A stretch of 64,000 nt of DNA from Candidatus Bathyarchaeota archaeon. GTDB lineage: Archaea > Thermoproteota > Bathyarchaeia > Bathyarchaeales > Bathycorpusculaceae. The stretch covers positions 123,410-187,409 of the forward strand of contig CAWAKC010000004.1 of assembly GCA_963782525.1 (NCBI GenBank), given 5' to 3'. Both the position numbers and the translations under genes were made by a program. The notes under the pieces are model-generated. The model saw only the letters and a program-made list of their open reading frames with translations, made no database searches and was not told the DNA's origin. This document shows positions 9,308 to 18,043 of the stretch, one piece after another. Position 1 is the stretch's first letter, and the number at the start of each line of letters is the position of its first letter.

Positions 9308-9696
9308 AAATAATCACTGGAAAGCTAATATGAGACGTGAAATTTAAACATTGCAAACCCCTGCATGCATAGCAGCCAATAGAGCCATTATTAGAACTTA
9401 AACCTAAAATGGTATCTTCATAAGGTTTAGATGGCTACGAGATTTGGAGTCAATCGGGTGCGGTTTAGGGTTCTTCGTAACGGTTGTTTTACGGATAGTT
9501 GGGTTTCCTTGAGGTTTGAGTCAAGGTTTAATTTTGTTAATTGGCTAGCATGTTGTCTTGTTTTCTGTATTTTTACCTTGGGAAAGAGGGTTTTTCCAAG
9601 CAATATTTATATCAAAAGCACTTTATTCAAGTTTCTAACTAATTATTGTACGTTGGACTAATTTGTACCACGTATATTAAAATGGTGAACAAATAA

Positions 9697-10644
9697 ATGC
9701 CGTTAAAAACCATAAAGAAAGATGCGGCAGACGCTTTAACGTTAGAATGGGTTTTGCAAGTTAAAGATTACAAGTTAACTCTTGACAAGAACCGCTGTGT
9801 CGGCTGCCAAGTATGCACGGTGGCTTGCCCAAAAGAAGCCATAAAAACCCAGAAGCAGCCAAAAATTCCGGGAGAAAAGGCAAAGAAAGCCAAAGTAGAC
9901 ATTGACTTGGCAAAATGCAATTTCTGCGGAATCTGCGACGTCACCTGTCCATATGGCGCAATTAAGGTTACTTTAAATGATTCACACAACCTGCCTATTT
10001 TGGAGAAAGATAGCTACCCACAGCTTGTCCGCGATATCGTCGTGGATACGCACAAATGTGAAAAAGAATGTGTCGAATGCGAAAATGCTTGTCCACTCAA
10101 ACTCATAAAAATATCCAAAGTCGGCTTTGATGGCAACCCCGTTCAAGACATTACCGCGCTCTCTGCTAATGAGAAAAAAAGAGTTCAACTATCACTTGAC
10201 ATTCAAAAAGGCTATTGCCCTACATGCAAAATATGCGAAGTTAATTGTAAACCTGGCGCATTAAAAGTCAAAAAAGCATTCGAAGGAAAAATCAACATTG
10301 CCCAGGCGAAGTGTCCAGAAGGCTGCACCGACTGCTTAGATGTTTGTCCCATTCCAGGTGCACTCGTGGTTGGAGAAGACAAGAAAGTTCACGTTAACGA
10401 GACATTATGTACTTACTGTGGTGCATGCAAGAACGTTTGCCCAGTGGAAGAAGCGTTGTGTGTGAAACGCACCAAGGTTCTCCATACACCCATCCATTCA
10501 GGCACATGGAACAAAGCCTTAGAACGATTAACCAGCTCCGCTGACGCTGCTAAGGAACTAAAAGCCCAAGCCGCCGAGAACAGACGCAAAGTCGTTGAGA
10601 AACGATTCGTCTCTGAGGAGCTCAAAACTGAGGAATACAAATGA
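9697..10644 (+). CDS. Polyferredoxin (FwdF/MvhB-like)
   Basis: Six ferredoxin-type Cys clusters (e.g. CVGCQVCTVACP, CNFCGICDVTCP, CTYCGACKNVCP). Confidence 0.88.
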   Translation: MPLKTIKKDAADALTLEWVLQVKDYKLTLDKNRCVGCQVCTVACPKEAIKTQKQPKIPGEKAKKAKVDIDLAKCNFCGICDVTCPYGAIKVTLNDSHNLPILEKDSYPQLVRDIVVDTHKCEKECVECENACPLKLIKISKVGFDGNPVQDITALSANEKKRVQLSLDIQKGYCPTCKICEVNCKPGALKVKKAFEGKINIAQAKCPEGCTDCLDVCPIPGALVVGEDKKVHVNETLCTYCGACKNVCPVEEALCVKRTKVLHTPIHSGTWNKALERLTSSADAAKELKAQAAENRRKVVEKRFVSEELKTEEYK

Positions 10645-13100
10645 GTAATTCACAAACACCCACTAAACAAACAGAAACATGCGTTGCTTGCAAACCTGAA
10701 GAGTTTTTGCGAGTTGGCGTTTTCGTTTGCCACTGCGGCTTAAACATTGCAGGAACAGTAGACGTTAAAGCCGTAGCCGAATACGCCAAAACTATTCCAG
10801 ACGTGGTTTTTGTTAAAGAAAACCGTTACACCTGCGCAGACCCTGGACAAGCAGAAATCCGCAAAGCCATCAAAGAACAAAACCTAAACCGTGTAGTCAT
10901 CGCCGCATGCTCACCAAGAATGCATGAACCCACCTTCCGCCGAACAGTCTCTGAAGCAGGCTTAAACCCGTTCCTCTACGAAATGGCAAACATCAGAGAA
11001 TTCGCTTCATGGTGCCACCAAAGCGACCCCCAAGCCGCAACCGAACGAGCCAAAGACTCTGTACGCATGGCAGTCGCAAAAGTACGCCTGATGCAGCCTC
11101 TGCAAACCATCGAAGTTCCAGTTACCAACAAAGCACTTATCATAGGCGGCGGAATCGCAGGCATGAACGCAGCCTTAGATTTAGCCGAAATGGGCTACAA
11201 AGTCTACATGTTAGAGAACACCCAGAGCATCGGCGGACACATGGCGGCACTCGACAAAACTTTCCCCACCCTCGACTGTAGCATCTGCATCGAAGGACCA
11301 AAAATGGTAGACTGCGCACGTCACCCAAACATCACAATCTTCGCAAACTCAGAACTAGTCAAAGTTGACGGTTACATCGGCAACTTCAAAGTAAAAATAC
11401 GCAAAAACGCCCGCTACGTCCTAACCGACAAATGCACAGGCTGCGGCGAATGCAAAGACGCTTGCCCAATCGAGTACCCCAACGAATGGGACATGAATTT
11501 GGGCACACGGAAAGCAATTTCTGTTCCCTTCGACCAGACTGTGCCGCTGATTTACTCGATCAACCGCGATTACTGCATTGAATGCTTCAAATGCACGGAA
11601 GCCTGCGGCGAACGCCAAGCCATCGACTTCAACCAAAAACCTGAAGAAGTCGAGTTTGATGTGGGCGCAATCATCGTTTCCACTGGCTTTGATATTTACC
11701 TGCCCTATGACATGCCTTTGCTTGGCTACGGGAAATACCCCGACGTCATCACAAGCATGGAATTCGAACGATTAATCCTAGCCGCTGGACCCACAGGCGG
11801 CAAAGTTATCCGCCAATCCGACGGACAAAAACCACACAAAATCGTCTTTATCCAATGTGTCGGTAGCCGAGACAAAACCCACTACCCTTACTGCTGCAAC
11901 TTCGGATGCATGTACACCCTCAAACACGTGGTACAGCTTAAGGAGAAGTACAAAGAAGACATAGAAGTCTACGTTTTCTACATGGACATCCGCAGTCCAG
12001 GCAAAGGCTACGAAGAATTCTATGACCGCGCAAGGGAACGAGGCGTAAACTTCATTCGTGGACGAGTTAGCCGTATCGATGAAGACCCTAAAACCCACAA
12101 CTTAACCGTTCACTCAGAAGATACACTGCTAGGGACACCCATCGAAGTTGAAGCCGACATGGTTGTTCTAGCAACTGCAGCTATACCCAAGAAAGGCTCT
12201 GAAGACATTGCTCGTATCCTTAACCTCTCAAGGGGTTCAGACGGCTTCTTCATGGAAGCACACCCCAAACTTAAACCCATGGATGCACCCACTGACGGAG
12301 TATTCTATGCCGGTGCATGTGTAGGCTTAAAGGATATACCAGCCAGTGTTTCCCAAGGAAGCGGAGCAGCATCCCGGGCAGCAACAGTAATCAGCAAACC
12401 AAAATGGAAGATCGAACCCATCATCTCAGTCATTGACGAAACCAAATGCAAGAGTTGCGGTCTCTGCGTCGACAAATGTCCCTACGGCGCAATAAGGTTA
12501 GAAAAGCCAAAATCAGCACAAATAATTACTGCAAGCTGTCATGGCTGCGGAACATGCGTAGCCGAATGCCCACAACACGCCATTACTCAAATGCACTTCA
12601 CTGACGCACAAATCATAGCTCAAATCCGGGCGGCGCTTGAAGATAAGCCCGAAGAAAAAATCCTTGCCATCCTCTGCAACTGGTGCAGTTACGCAGGGGC
12701 AGACCTTGCAGGCATTAGCAGATGTGACTACCCAGCCAGCGTAAGAGCAATCCGTGTCATGTGCAGTGGAAGAGTTGCCAGAGAATTTGTTCTCGAAGCC
12801 CTCAGATTGGGTGCAGGAATGGTTCTTCTCGGCGCGTGCCACTTACCATACGACTGCCACTACATCAGCGGAAACTACAAGATGAAAGCCCGTACTGATG
12901 CCCTCAAAGGTATGCTGACCAAATTGGGTATGAGCCCCGAGCGGTTCCGAGTAGAATACGTTTCAGCAGCAGAAGGCATCCACTACGCTGAAGTAATCAA
13001 GGAAATCGATGCTGACATGAAGGCTTTGGGTAAAGAGAAGATTCAAGCAGAAAACGCCAAGTTAAAGCCAATTCTTGAAAACATGCTTAAACGCAAATAA
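10641..13100 (+). CDS. hdrA: Heterodisulfide reductase subunit A fused to MvhD
   Basis: VFVCHCG, ACSPRMHE, GGGIAG FAD site, LDKTFPTLDCSICI, QCVGSRD, ferredoxin motifs. C-terminal CNWCSYAGAD...MCSGRV...DCHY is MvhD. Confidence 0.95.
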   Translation: MSNSQTPTKQTETCVACKPEEFLRVGVFVCHCGLNIAGTVDVKAVAEYAKTIPDVVFVKENRYTCADPGQAEIRKAIKEQNLNRVVIAACSPRMHEPTFRRTVSEAGLNPFLYEMANIREFASWCHQSDPQAATERAKDSVRMAVAKVRLMQPLQTIEVPVTNKALIIGGGIAGMNAALDLAEMGYKVYMLENTQSIGGHMAALDKTFPTLDCSICIEGPKMVDCARHPNITIFANSELVKVDGYIGNFKVKIRKNARYVLTDKCTGCGECKDACPIEYPNEWDMNLGTRKAISVPFDQTVPLIYSINRDYCIECFKCTEACGERQAIDFNQKPEEVEFDVGAIIVSTGFDIYLPYDMPLLGYGKYPDVITSMEFERLILAAGPTGGKVIRQSDGQKPHKIVFIQCVGSRDKTHYPYCCNFGCMYTLKHVVQLKEKYKEDIEVYVFYMDIRSPGKGYEEFYDRARERGVNFIRGRVSRIDEDPKTHNLTVHSEDTLLGTPIEVEADMVVLATAAIPKKGSEDIARILNLSRGSDGFFMEAHPKLKPMDAPTDGVFYAGACVGLKDIPASVSQGSGAASRAATVISKPKWKIEPIISVIDETKCKSCGLCVDKCPYGAIRLEKPKSAQIITASCHGCGTCVAECPQHAITQMHFTDAQIIAQIRAALEDKPEEKILAILCNWCSYAGADLAGISRCDYPASVRAIRVMCSGRVAREFVLEALRLGAGMVLLGACHLPYDCHYISGNYKMKARTDALKGMLTKLGMSPERFRVEYVSAAEGIHYAEVIKEIDADMKALGKEKIQAENAKLKPILENMLKRK

Positions 13101-13114
13101 GCAATTTCCGCTGC

Positions 13115-13137
13115 CTTCTTTTTCTTTTTAAGTTTTT
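13115..13137 (+). terminator. Oligo-T archaeal terminator after hdrA-mvhD
   Basis: TTCTTTTTCTTTTTAAGTTTTT tract directly after the stop codon. Confidence 0.5.
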
Positions 13138-13172
13138 GCCTATTAGCTACTCGTGGTAGAATAGTTGTCTTG

Positions 13173-13838
13173 TTAGAACTGTTTTCTCTCAAACAAAGCT
13201 ACCGCCGCCAACAGCAACACCGTAGCTACAATTGCCGCTAACACAATTGTAAACACAGCAGCCTCTTGAACGTTAAGCAACGTTGGCAGTAACGGTATGA
13301 CTGAAATCTGGTTTCCTCCATAGATAACTAAGATGGCTCCGATGAGAACTGATGGCGAGGCCACTCCGATTAGTACGCCTGCCGCACATGAAACCGCAAT
13401 CATCGACAGGCTCGTTGCCAAAGATTGCCCTGCGTTGTTCAAAATTGCATTAGACAAGGTGCCTGTAGAGGCATAATCCGTTATCATCCCAGCTAACACT
13501 GCGATGCCGCTCGCGATGGCTACGCAAGTGTATACTGAGAAGAATTTTGCCAGTAGAATATCTCTTCGTTTGAGGGGGCGGATCAAGAAGAGGTCGTAGA
13601 CGTGCCTGTTTTTTTCGTTGATTATGAATACAGCAAGCATTACTGCAGCTAAGGTGCCGCCGATACTTGAAACCACCAAAGCAGAGATAAGTGTAAATGA
13701 AAGACTCTGCCCCGTACTGCCCTCTGAGAGAGGGCGGAACAGCAACGCAATAACGGGTAAGCCAACCCATAGGAAAATCATAACTTTAGACTTGTAGAAG
13801 CCCCGTAGCTCATCTACAAAAAGAAGACCTGTCTTCAT
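13173..13838 (-). CDS. ABC-2 type exporter permease
   Basis: About 6 TM helices, EK...LFLIRPLKRRDILLAKF motif, coupled to the ATPase gene. Confidence 0.88.
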   Translation of the reverse strand: MKTGLLFVDELRGFYKSKVMIFLWVGLPVIALLFRPLSEGSTGQSLSFTLISALVVSSIGGTLAAVMLAVFIINEKNRHVYDLFLIRPLKRRDILLAKFFSVYTCVAIASGIAVLAGMITDYASTGTLSNAILNNAGQSLATSLSMIAVSCAAGVLIGVASPSVLIGAILVIYGGNQISVIPLLPTLLNVQEAAVFTIVLAAIVATVLLLAAVALFERKQF

Positions 13839-14803
13839 TAGTTCTCAGCCTCCGAAACATAGTTAAGGTAAATTTCATCCAGCGAAGGCTCCAGCAACGA
13901 GACGCCCCGTACACGAAGGCCCAACTTGACTATGCTTTGAACTATGTCGTTAACAACTTGGTCATCATCTGCCTCTGATTCCAAATGGACAAGGATTCTT
14001 CCCGGCGTAGGTTGCTCAACGATCTTTACGTTTTTGATTGCACCAAATTGTTGCCATTTATCGCTAACAAACGAAAGCAGCACCTGAACGGTCTTTTGGG
14101 ATACTAAGCGGTTTTTTAACTCGTTTAGTGTGCCGACTTGCTTGATTTTTCCGTGGCTGATGATGCCGATCCTGTCGGCGACATCTTGCACGTCGCTTAG
14201 GATATGCGAAGAAAATAGGCTGGTAGTCCCCTTTTTAGCCAACTTCAAGACAATCTCTTTAAACTGGAAGCGACTCAGCGGGTCCAATCCGCCCAGTGGC
14301 TCATCCAAAACCAAAAACTTTGGCTCATGCAAAAGGGCCTGTGCCAACCCCACCTTCTGCACCATACCTCCAGACAACTGCGAAACCTTTTTGTGTTGTG
14401 CTTCGGCTAATCCGAGTAAACCCAAAATTTCGGGGATACGTTCTTCAACTTTTTGGTCGCTGAGACCTGAGAGTTTCCCAAACGTTGTAAGTGCTTGGTC
14501 GACGGTGCGCCACTCTTGGAAAGCTACACTCTGAGGCAGGTAACCGAGAAGTTTGTGGATTTCGTCTTTTCTTTTGGGCACCTGGTAGCCGCCTATCGAA
14601 ACTTCACCTTGAAAATCGGTGATTAAGCCCACAAGGATTTTCATGGTTGTTGTTTTTCCAGCGCCGTTTGGACCGATGTAACCGAAGATTTCCCCTTCTT
14701 TAATATCAAAGGACACATCGTTTAGGGCGGGGAAACCGCCGAAGCTTTTGGCAAGGTTGCGGATGACGACGAATTCATTGGTGTTGTTGGGGCTGCTGGT
14801 CAT
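13838..14803 (-). CDS. ABC exporter ATP-binding protein
   Basis: GPNGAGKTT, LSGGM, LVLDEP, SSH. Confidence 0.95.
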   Translation of the reverse strand: MTSSPNNTNEFVVIRNLAKSFGGFPALNDVSFDIKEGEIFGYIGPNGAGKTTTMKILVGLITDFQGEVSIGGYQVPKRKDEIHKLLGYLPQSVAFQEWRTVDQALTTFGKLSGLSDQKVEERIPEILGLLGLAEAQHKKVSQLSGGMVQKVGLAQALLHEPKFLVLDEPLGGLDPLSRFQFKEIVLKLAKKGTTSLFSSHILSDVQDVADRIGIISHGKIKQVGTLNELKNRLVSQKTVQVLLSFVSDKWQQFGAIKNVKIVEQPTPGRILVHLESEADDDQVVNDIVQSIVKLGLRVRGVSLLEPSLDEIYLNYVSEAEN

Positions 14804-14977
14804 GTTGGTTCACGCTGGTTGCTTTATCTTTTTTGTGGGGTTACCATTTAAGTTTTTCAGTTTGAAACAGCTAATACCAACTACCGCTCTTAGAGTTTTT
14901 CTAAAAAATGGTTATTTTTTCAGTGTAAATATTTTTACGGGTGCCTGCTCAAGTATTGGTTTACTGCCTAGCAGGGT

Positions 14978-15005
14978 GGGGTTGTAGTCTAGACAGGTAT
15001 GACGA
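14978..15005 (+). tRNA. Isolated 5' fragment (acceptor 5' strand + D arm) of a tRNA-Trp-like gene
   Basis: GGGGTTGTAGTCTAGACAGGTATGACGA versus the intact tRNA-Trp start GGGGTTGTAGTATAGCCAGGTAGTACGG. Its last 12 nt recur at 15552-15563. Confidence 0.7.
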
Positions 15006-15216
15006 TACCTGACAGAATTTCTGCAACACCTACCAGAATTTTTCAGCCCTTAGGGCTCAATTTAGAAATAGAAACAGTACTATTCTTAGCCACGTCAGAC
15101 GAATGGATAAGCAAAGTATCCTATAGCTTAGAAGAAGAACGCTACTATTCGAAGCAGGCTTTCAATTAGTTAGAAGGTAAAAGAAATAAAAGCACTCTAT
15201 AAGAAAAGAAAATAAA

Positions 15217-15356
15217 TGGTGGGGCTGATCGGATTTGAACCGATGACCAACGGGTTTCCCCAAAGTAGACCGCTCCAGAATTTCGTCATCCCCTAACGGG
15301 TCAAGCAATCAATGCTTTCTGGAGCCCGCCGTACTACCTGGCTATACTACAACCCC
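15217..15356 (-). tRNA. trnW: tRNA-Trp(CCA) with 63-nt canonical 37/38 intron (15256-15318), CCA encoded
   Basis: Acceptor GGGGTTG/CAGCCCC-A-CCA, anticodon arm GCGGG-CT CCA GA-CCCGT, T arm ATCGG-TTCAAAT-CCGAT, BHB CTCC/GGGG with AGA and AAA bulges. Confidence 0.93.
15256..15318 (-). ncRNA. Box C/D-like guide RNA within the tRNA-Trp intron
   Basis: C'-like ATGACGA, CCC-GTTA-GGG hairpin, and antisense TTCTGGAGC complementary to its own anticodon region GCTCCAGAA. Confidence 0.6.
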
Positions 15357-15385
15357 ACGTTATTTTTAGAAAGATACGAGAAGAA

Positions 15386-15394
15386 TTATAAAAA
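15386..15394 (-). promoter_or_regulatory. TATA box of tRNA-Trp
   Basis: TTTTTATAA on the - strand about 30 nt upstream of G1 (15356). Confidence 0.6.
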
Positions 15395-15551
15395 GGCACC
15401 TACCAAAATAAGAAACGAAAATAGGGTGAGTCATTTCCGCTCCGCATGCGCTCCATCAACAAACCCCAAAAATTTTTTGCCCCCAGGCAAGCAGAGACAG
15501 AGAGAAACACCGAAACAAAACAAGAGACACAGAAAGAACTAAGGCTAATGG

Positions 15552-15710
15552 CAGGTATGACGACGGGCTCTGAAAGCAACCATACAACGGGTTTGCTGAC
15601 TCCGCGAGGAGAATGACGAATTTCCGGAGCGGTCATGAAGAAACCCGTAAACTTTGGCTTAGCGCCATCGTTGGGTAAAGGTCGTCCGTTCAAATCCGGC
15701 CGGCCCACCA
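15552..15710 (+). pseudogene. 5'-truncated tRNA-Trp-like gene with two introns (about 15574-15642 box C/D-like; 15649-15678 at 43/44)
   Basis: D-arm 3' half, ACGGG-CT CTG A..A-CCCGT, AGGTC, GTCCG-TTCAAAT-CCGGC, CGGCCC-A-CCA. Intron 1 is homologous to the Trp intron. Intron 2 has an ACCC/GGGT helix with GTA and AAA bulges. Confidence 0.7.
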
Positions 15711-15742
15711 CAAAGCTGGCAGATTTCTACAAAAAATAGTTT

Positions 15743-16276
15743 CTAAAGGTCTACGCCCATGTTCTCGATTAACCTATCTAAGGCTTTAGTACTCATCATT
15801 TCAGTTTGAAGATAAACCCGAATTTCAGCAGCGCTAAATCCGATGCGTTTAGCTTCTTTCACAGCGTAGCGGTATGCTTCAATTTCTGTTGGTCTGTCAG
15901 CATAGTCGTAGCGGGGATCAAACAATTCTCTTCCGTCCATATGCTGCTTCACATGGCAAAGTTCATGGACAATGTCGAGATATATGTCCTGTTTGCGTCC
16001 AGTGCTTAGGTAACGTTTGTTTACGAGTAAGTGTCCGTCGCTGTCGTCGACACCCATGTATCCAAACCAGATGAAATCTACTTTGAGGTTTTTGAGAACT
16101 TGCTCGGTTTCTTTCCCAAATATTCCTTGGACAGCATGGTTTTTTTCAAAGCCCCGAAAATAATCTGTAAAATTTGCTTTCCGCGAAACCAGATGAATGA
16201 TTCCCCTCAAGGGCAGCTTAGTGAACAGGCGAAAAATTCGCATCATTATGTATTCTGTTGCGTTTTGGAATGACAC
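15743..16276 (-). CDS. Zincin-like (HExxH) hypothetical protein
   Basis: VHELCHVKQ followed by PTEIEAY; start uncertain. Confidence 0.7.
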   Translation of the reverse strand: MSFQNATEYIMMRIFRLFTKLPLRGIIHLVSRKANFTDYFRGFEKNHAVQGIFGKETEQVLKNLKVDFIWFGYMGVDDSDGHLLVNKRYLSTGRKQDIYLDIVHELCHVKQHMDGRELFDPRYDYADRPTEIEAYRYAVKEAKRIGFSAAEIRVYLQTEMMSTKALDRLIENMGVDL

Positions 16277-16438
16277 AGAAAGTATCCTACCCGAAGTTTG
16301 TATAGGCGCAGATTTTTAGCGAATCCAAGTCTTAGCACCGGCAGATGCTTCATGTACCGAGTTTTAATTTAAAATACTTTTCCAAAGACAGCGTAGCAAC
16401 ACAGAATGGCATGGAAGACTTAGTCTGCGCCAGAGATT

Positions 16439-16699
16439 TTAGAAGAAGCCATTTTCAGACTCTTCGTGTCTTTCCTTGTATTTCTTTACGATTTGCGCAA
16501 CAAAATCGTCGGCGCATCTTCCCTGCTTGGAGCAGTTTCGACAGGCTTTTGGCACTGAGATGATAACAGCCGCATTGCCTAGAAAATAGTCGATTCTTAG
16601 GTTTCTTATTTTGCATTTTTTTATCGCGCGATTTGGCTGAACGGTGGTTATACCGAATTTTGCCTTTGCCTCAACTAATTCTTTGAAGAGTTCACCCAA
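16439..16699 (-). CDS. Hypothetical small protein (uncertain)
   Basis: 86 aa ORF with CRNC...C in an otherwise empty region; no recognised family. Confidence 0.3.
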   Translation of the reverse strand: MGELFKELVEAKAKFGITTVQPNRAIKKCKIRNLRIDYFLGNAAVIISVPKACRNCSKQGRCADDFVAQIVKKYKERHEESENGFF

Positions 16700-17101
16700 A
16701 AAAGTCGTCCCTTGCGATTTGAAAAATCCACGAAGTATCCGTCTCCGAGTTTTTTGATTATTGGCTTTTTCTCTCCTTGAAACGTAGTATTGGCAAACAA
16801 AAGTGGTTTTGTAGATTTAAAATGTTGTGGTTGTATACAAACAATCACAAACCTAAAAAAATTAGGAAAAAATGCTACATCTTAACAATTTTTAGCCACT
16901 ACAAAAGCCTCGCGTATTTTTTGATGGTTCTCTAAAACATTCACGACCTCGTGAGCTTCAAGTTTAGTGGATAATGAAGTATTTGGGACAACTAAAATTC
17001 CCACGGTCGCGGCTACGAACCTAAACATGCAGATGACTCCCTCTCATTGAGTATACCTTTTAAGCAGCCGCATCGTAAGGTTTGCGAAGAAGAGATAATC
17101 A

Positions 17102-18043
17102 ATGCCATCAATAGAAGCAATTAATTTAACAAAACAGTACGGCGCATTCACAGCTCTCTCAGATTTAAACTTGAAGATTGAGGGAACAAAATGCGTCGGT
17201 TTCCTTGGACCTAACGGGGCAGGAAAAACAACCGCTCTAAAAATGTTCACCGACCTGATCAAACCAACCAAAGGGCAAGCACTCATAAACGGCGTAAACG
17301 TGCACACCCACAAGAAAAAAGCACTTGAATGCGTTGGCACACTTATTGAAACTCCAGAAATTTATTCATCACTTACGCCAAGAGAAGCCTTAACGATGAT
17401 TGCGGAAATACGGGGAATTCCACATGCTGAGAGAAAAAAACGAGTGGAAGAAGTTACTGCGGAATTGCGCATGGAAGAGTGGATTGATAAGCGTGTAGGC
17501 AAGTTTTCTAAGGGCATGAAACAGCGAATCTGCATTGCCTCTGCATTACTAGGTGACCCAGAAGTGATTCTTTTAGATGAACCCACCACAGGGCTTGACC
17601 CGCGAGGCATGAGTGAAGTCCGCGATATCATCAAAGGGCTCAAAGGCAAAAACCGCCTAATATTCATGAGCTCCCACATTCTAAGCGAGGTTTCTGATGT
17701 CTGTGATGAAGTTGCCATGATAAACCATGGCAAACTTATCGTTTACGACACCCTGCCTCATGTGACCGCAAAGTTTTCAGGCGGAAACAACATCGTCGAA
17801 GTTGGATTGGTGCGTCCAGTAGACATACAAATCGTAACCCAAACCATCGCTGCCTTGCCAGATGTGGTTACTGCCGAAAAAATAGGCGACAAAGACCTCA
17901 AGATAAGTTTCAGTGGGGGTTTAGCTGTGCAGGAACGTCTCCTAAACAACATAGTTAAACTTAACATTGGTGTTGTAAGCTACAAAGCTGCGTCATCTGA
18001 ACTTGAAGATGTATATCTTAAACTTATAACCGCTACGTTGTGA
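17102..18043 (+). CDS. ABC exporter ATP-binding protein
   Basis: GPNGAGKTT, FSKGM, ILLDEP, SSH. Confidence 0.95.
   Translation: MPSIEAINLTKQYGAFTALSDLNLKIEGTKCVGFLGPNGAGKTTALKMFTDLIKPTKGQALINGVNVHTHKKKALECVGTLIETPEIYSSLTPREALTMIAEIRGIPHAERKKRVEEVTAELRMEEWIDKRVGKFSKGMKQRICIASALLGDPEVILLDEPTTGLDPRGMSEVRDIIKGLKGKNRLIFMSSHILSEVSDVCDEVAMINHGKLIVYDTLPHVTAKFSGGNNIVEVGLVRPVDIQIVTQTIAALPDVVTAEKIGDKDLKISFSGGLAVQERLLNNIVKLNIGVVSYKAASSELEDVYLKLITATL

Noticed and set aside
9431-9661. 76-aa ORF upstream of the polyferredoxin
   Set aside because: Lies in a G/T-rich promoter region with no recognisable protein features
15552-15710. tRNA-Sec, tRNA-Pyl or suppressor tRNA with a long variable arm
   Set aside because: The anticodon is neither TCA nor CTA, and the extra 30 nt are better explained as a BHB-flanked intron
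15552-15710. Functional tRNA-Gln(CTG)
   Set aside because: The body and intron are homologous to the adjacent tRNA-Trp, the 5' acceptor strand is not contiguous, and the stems have defects
15312-15711. ORFs 15312-15542 (+) and 15400-15711 (-)
   Set aside because: They overlap tRNA sequences and are spurious
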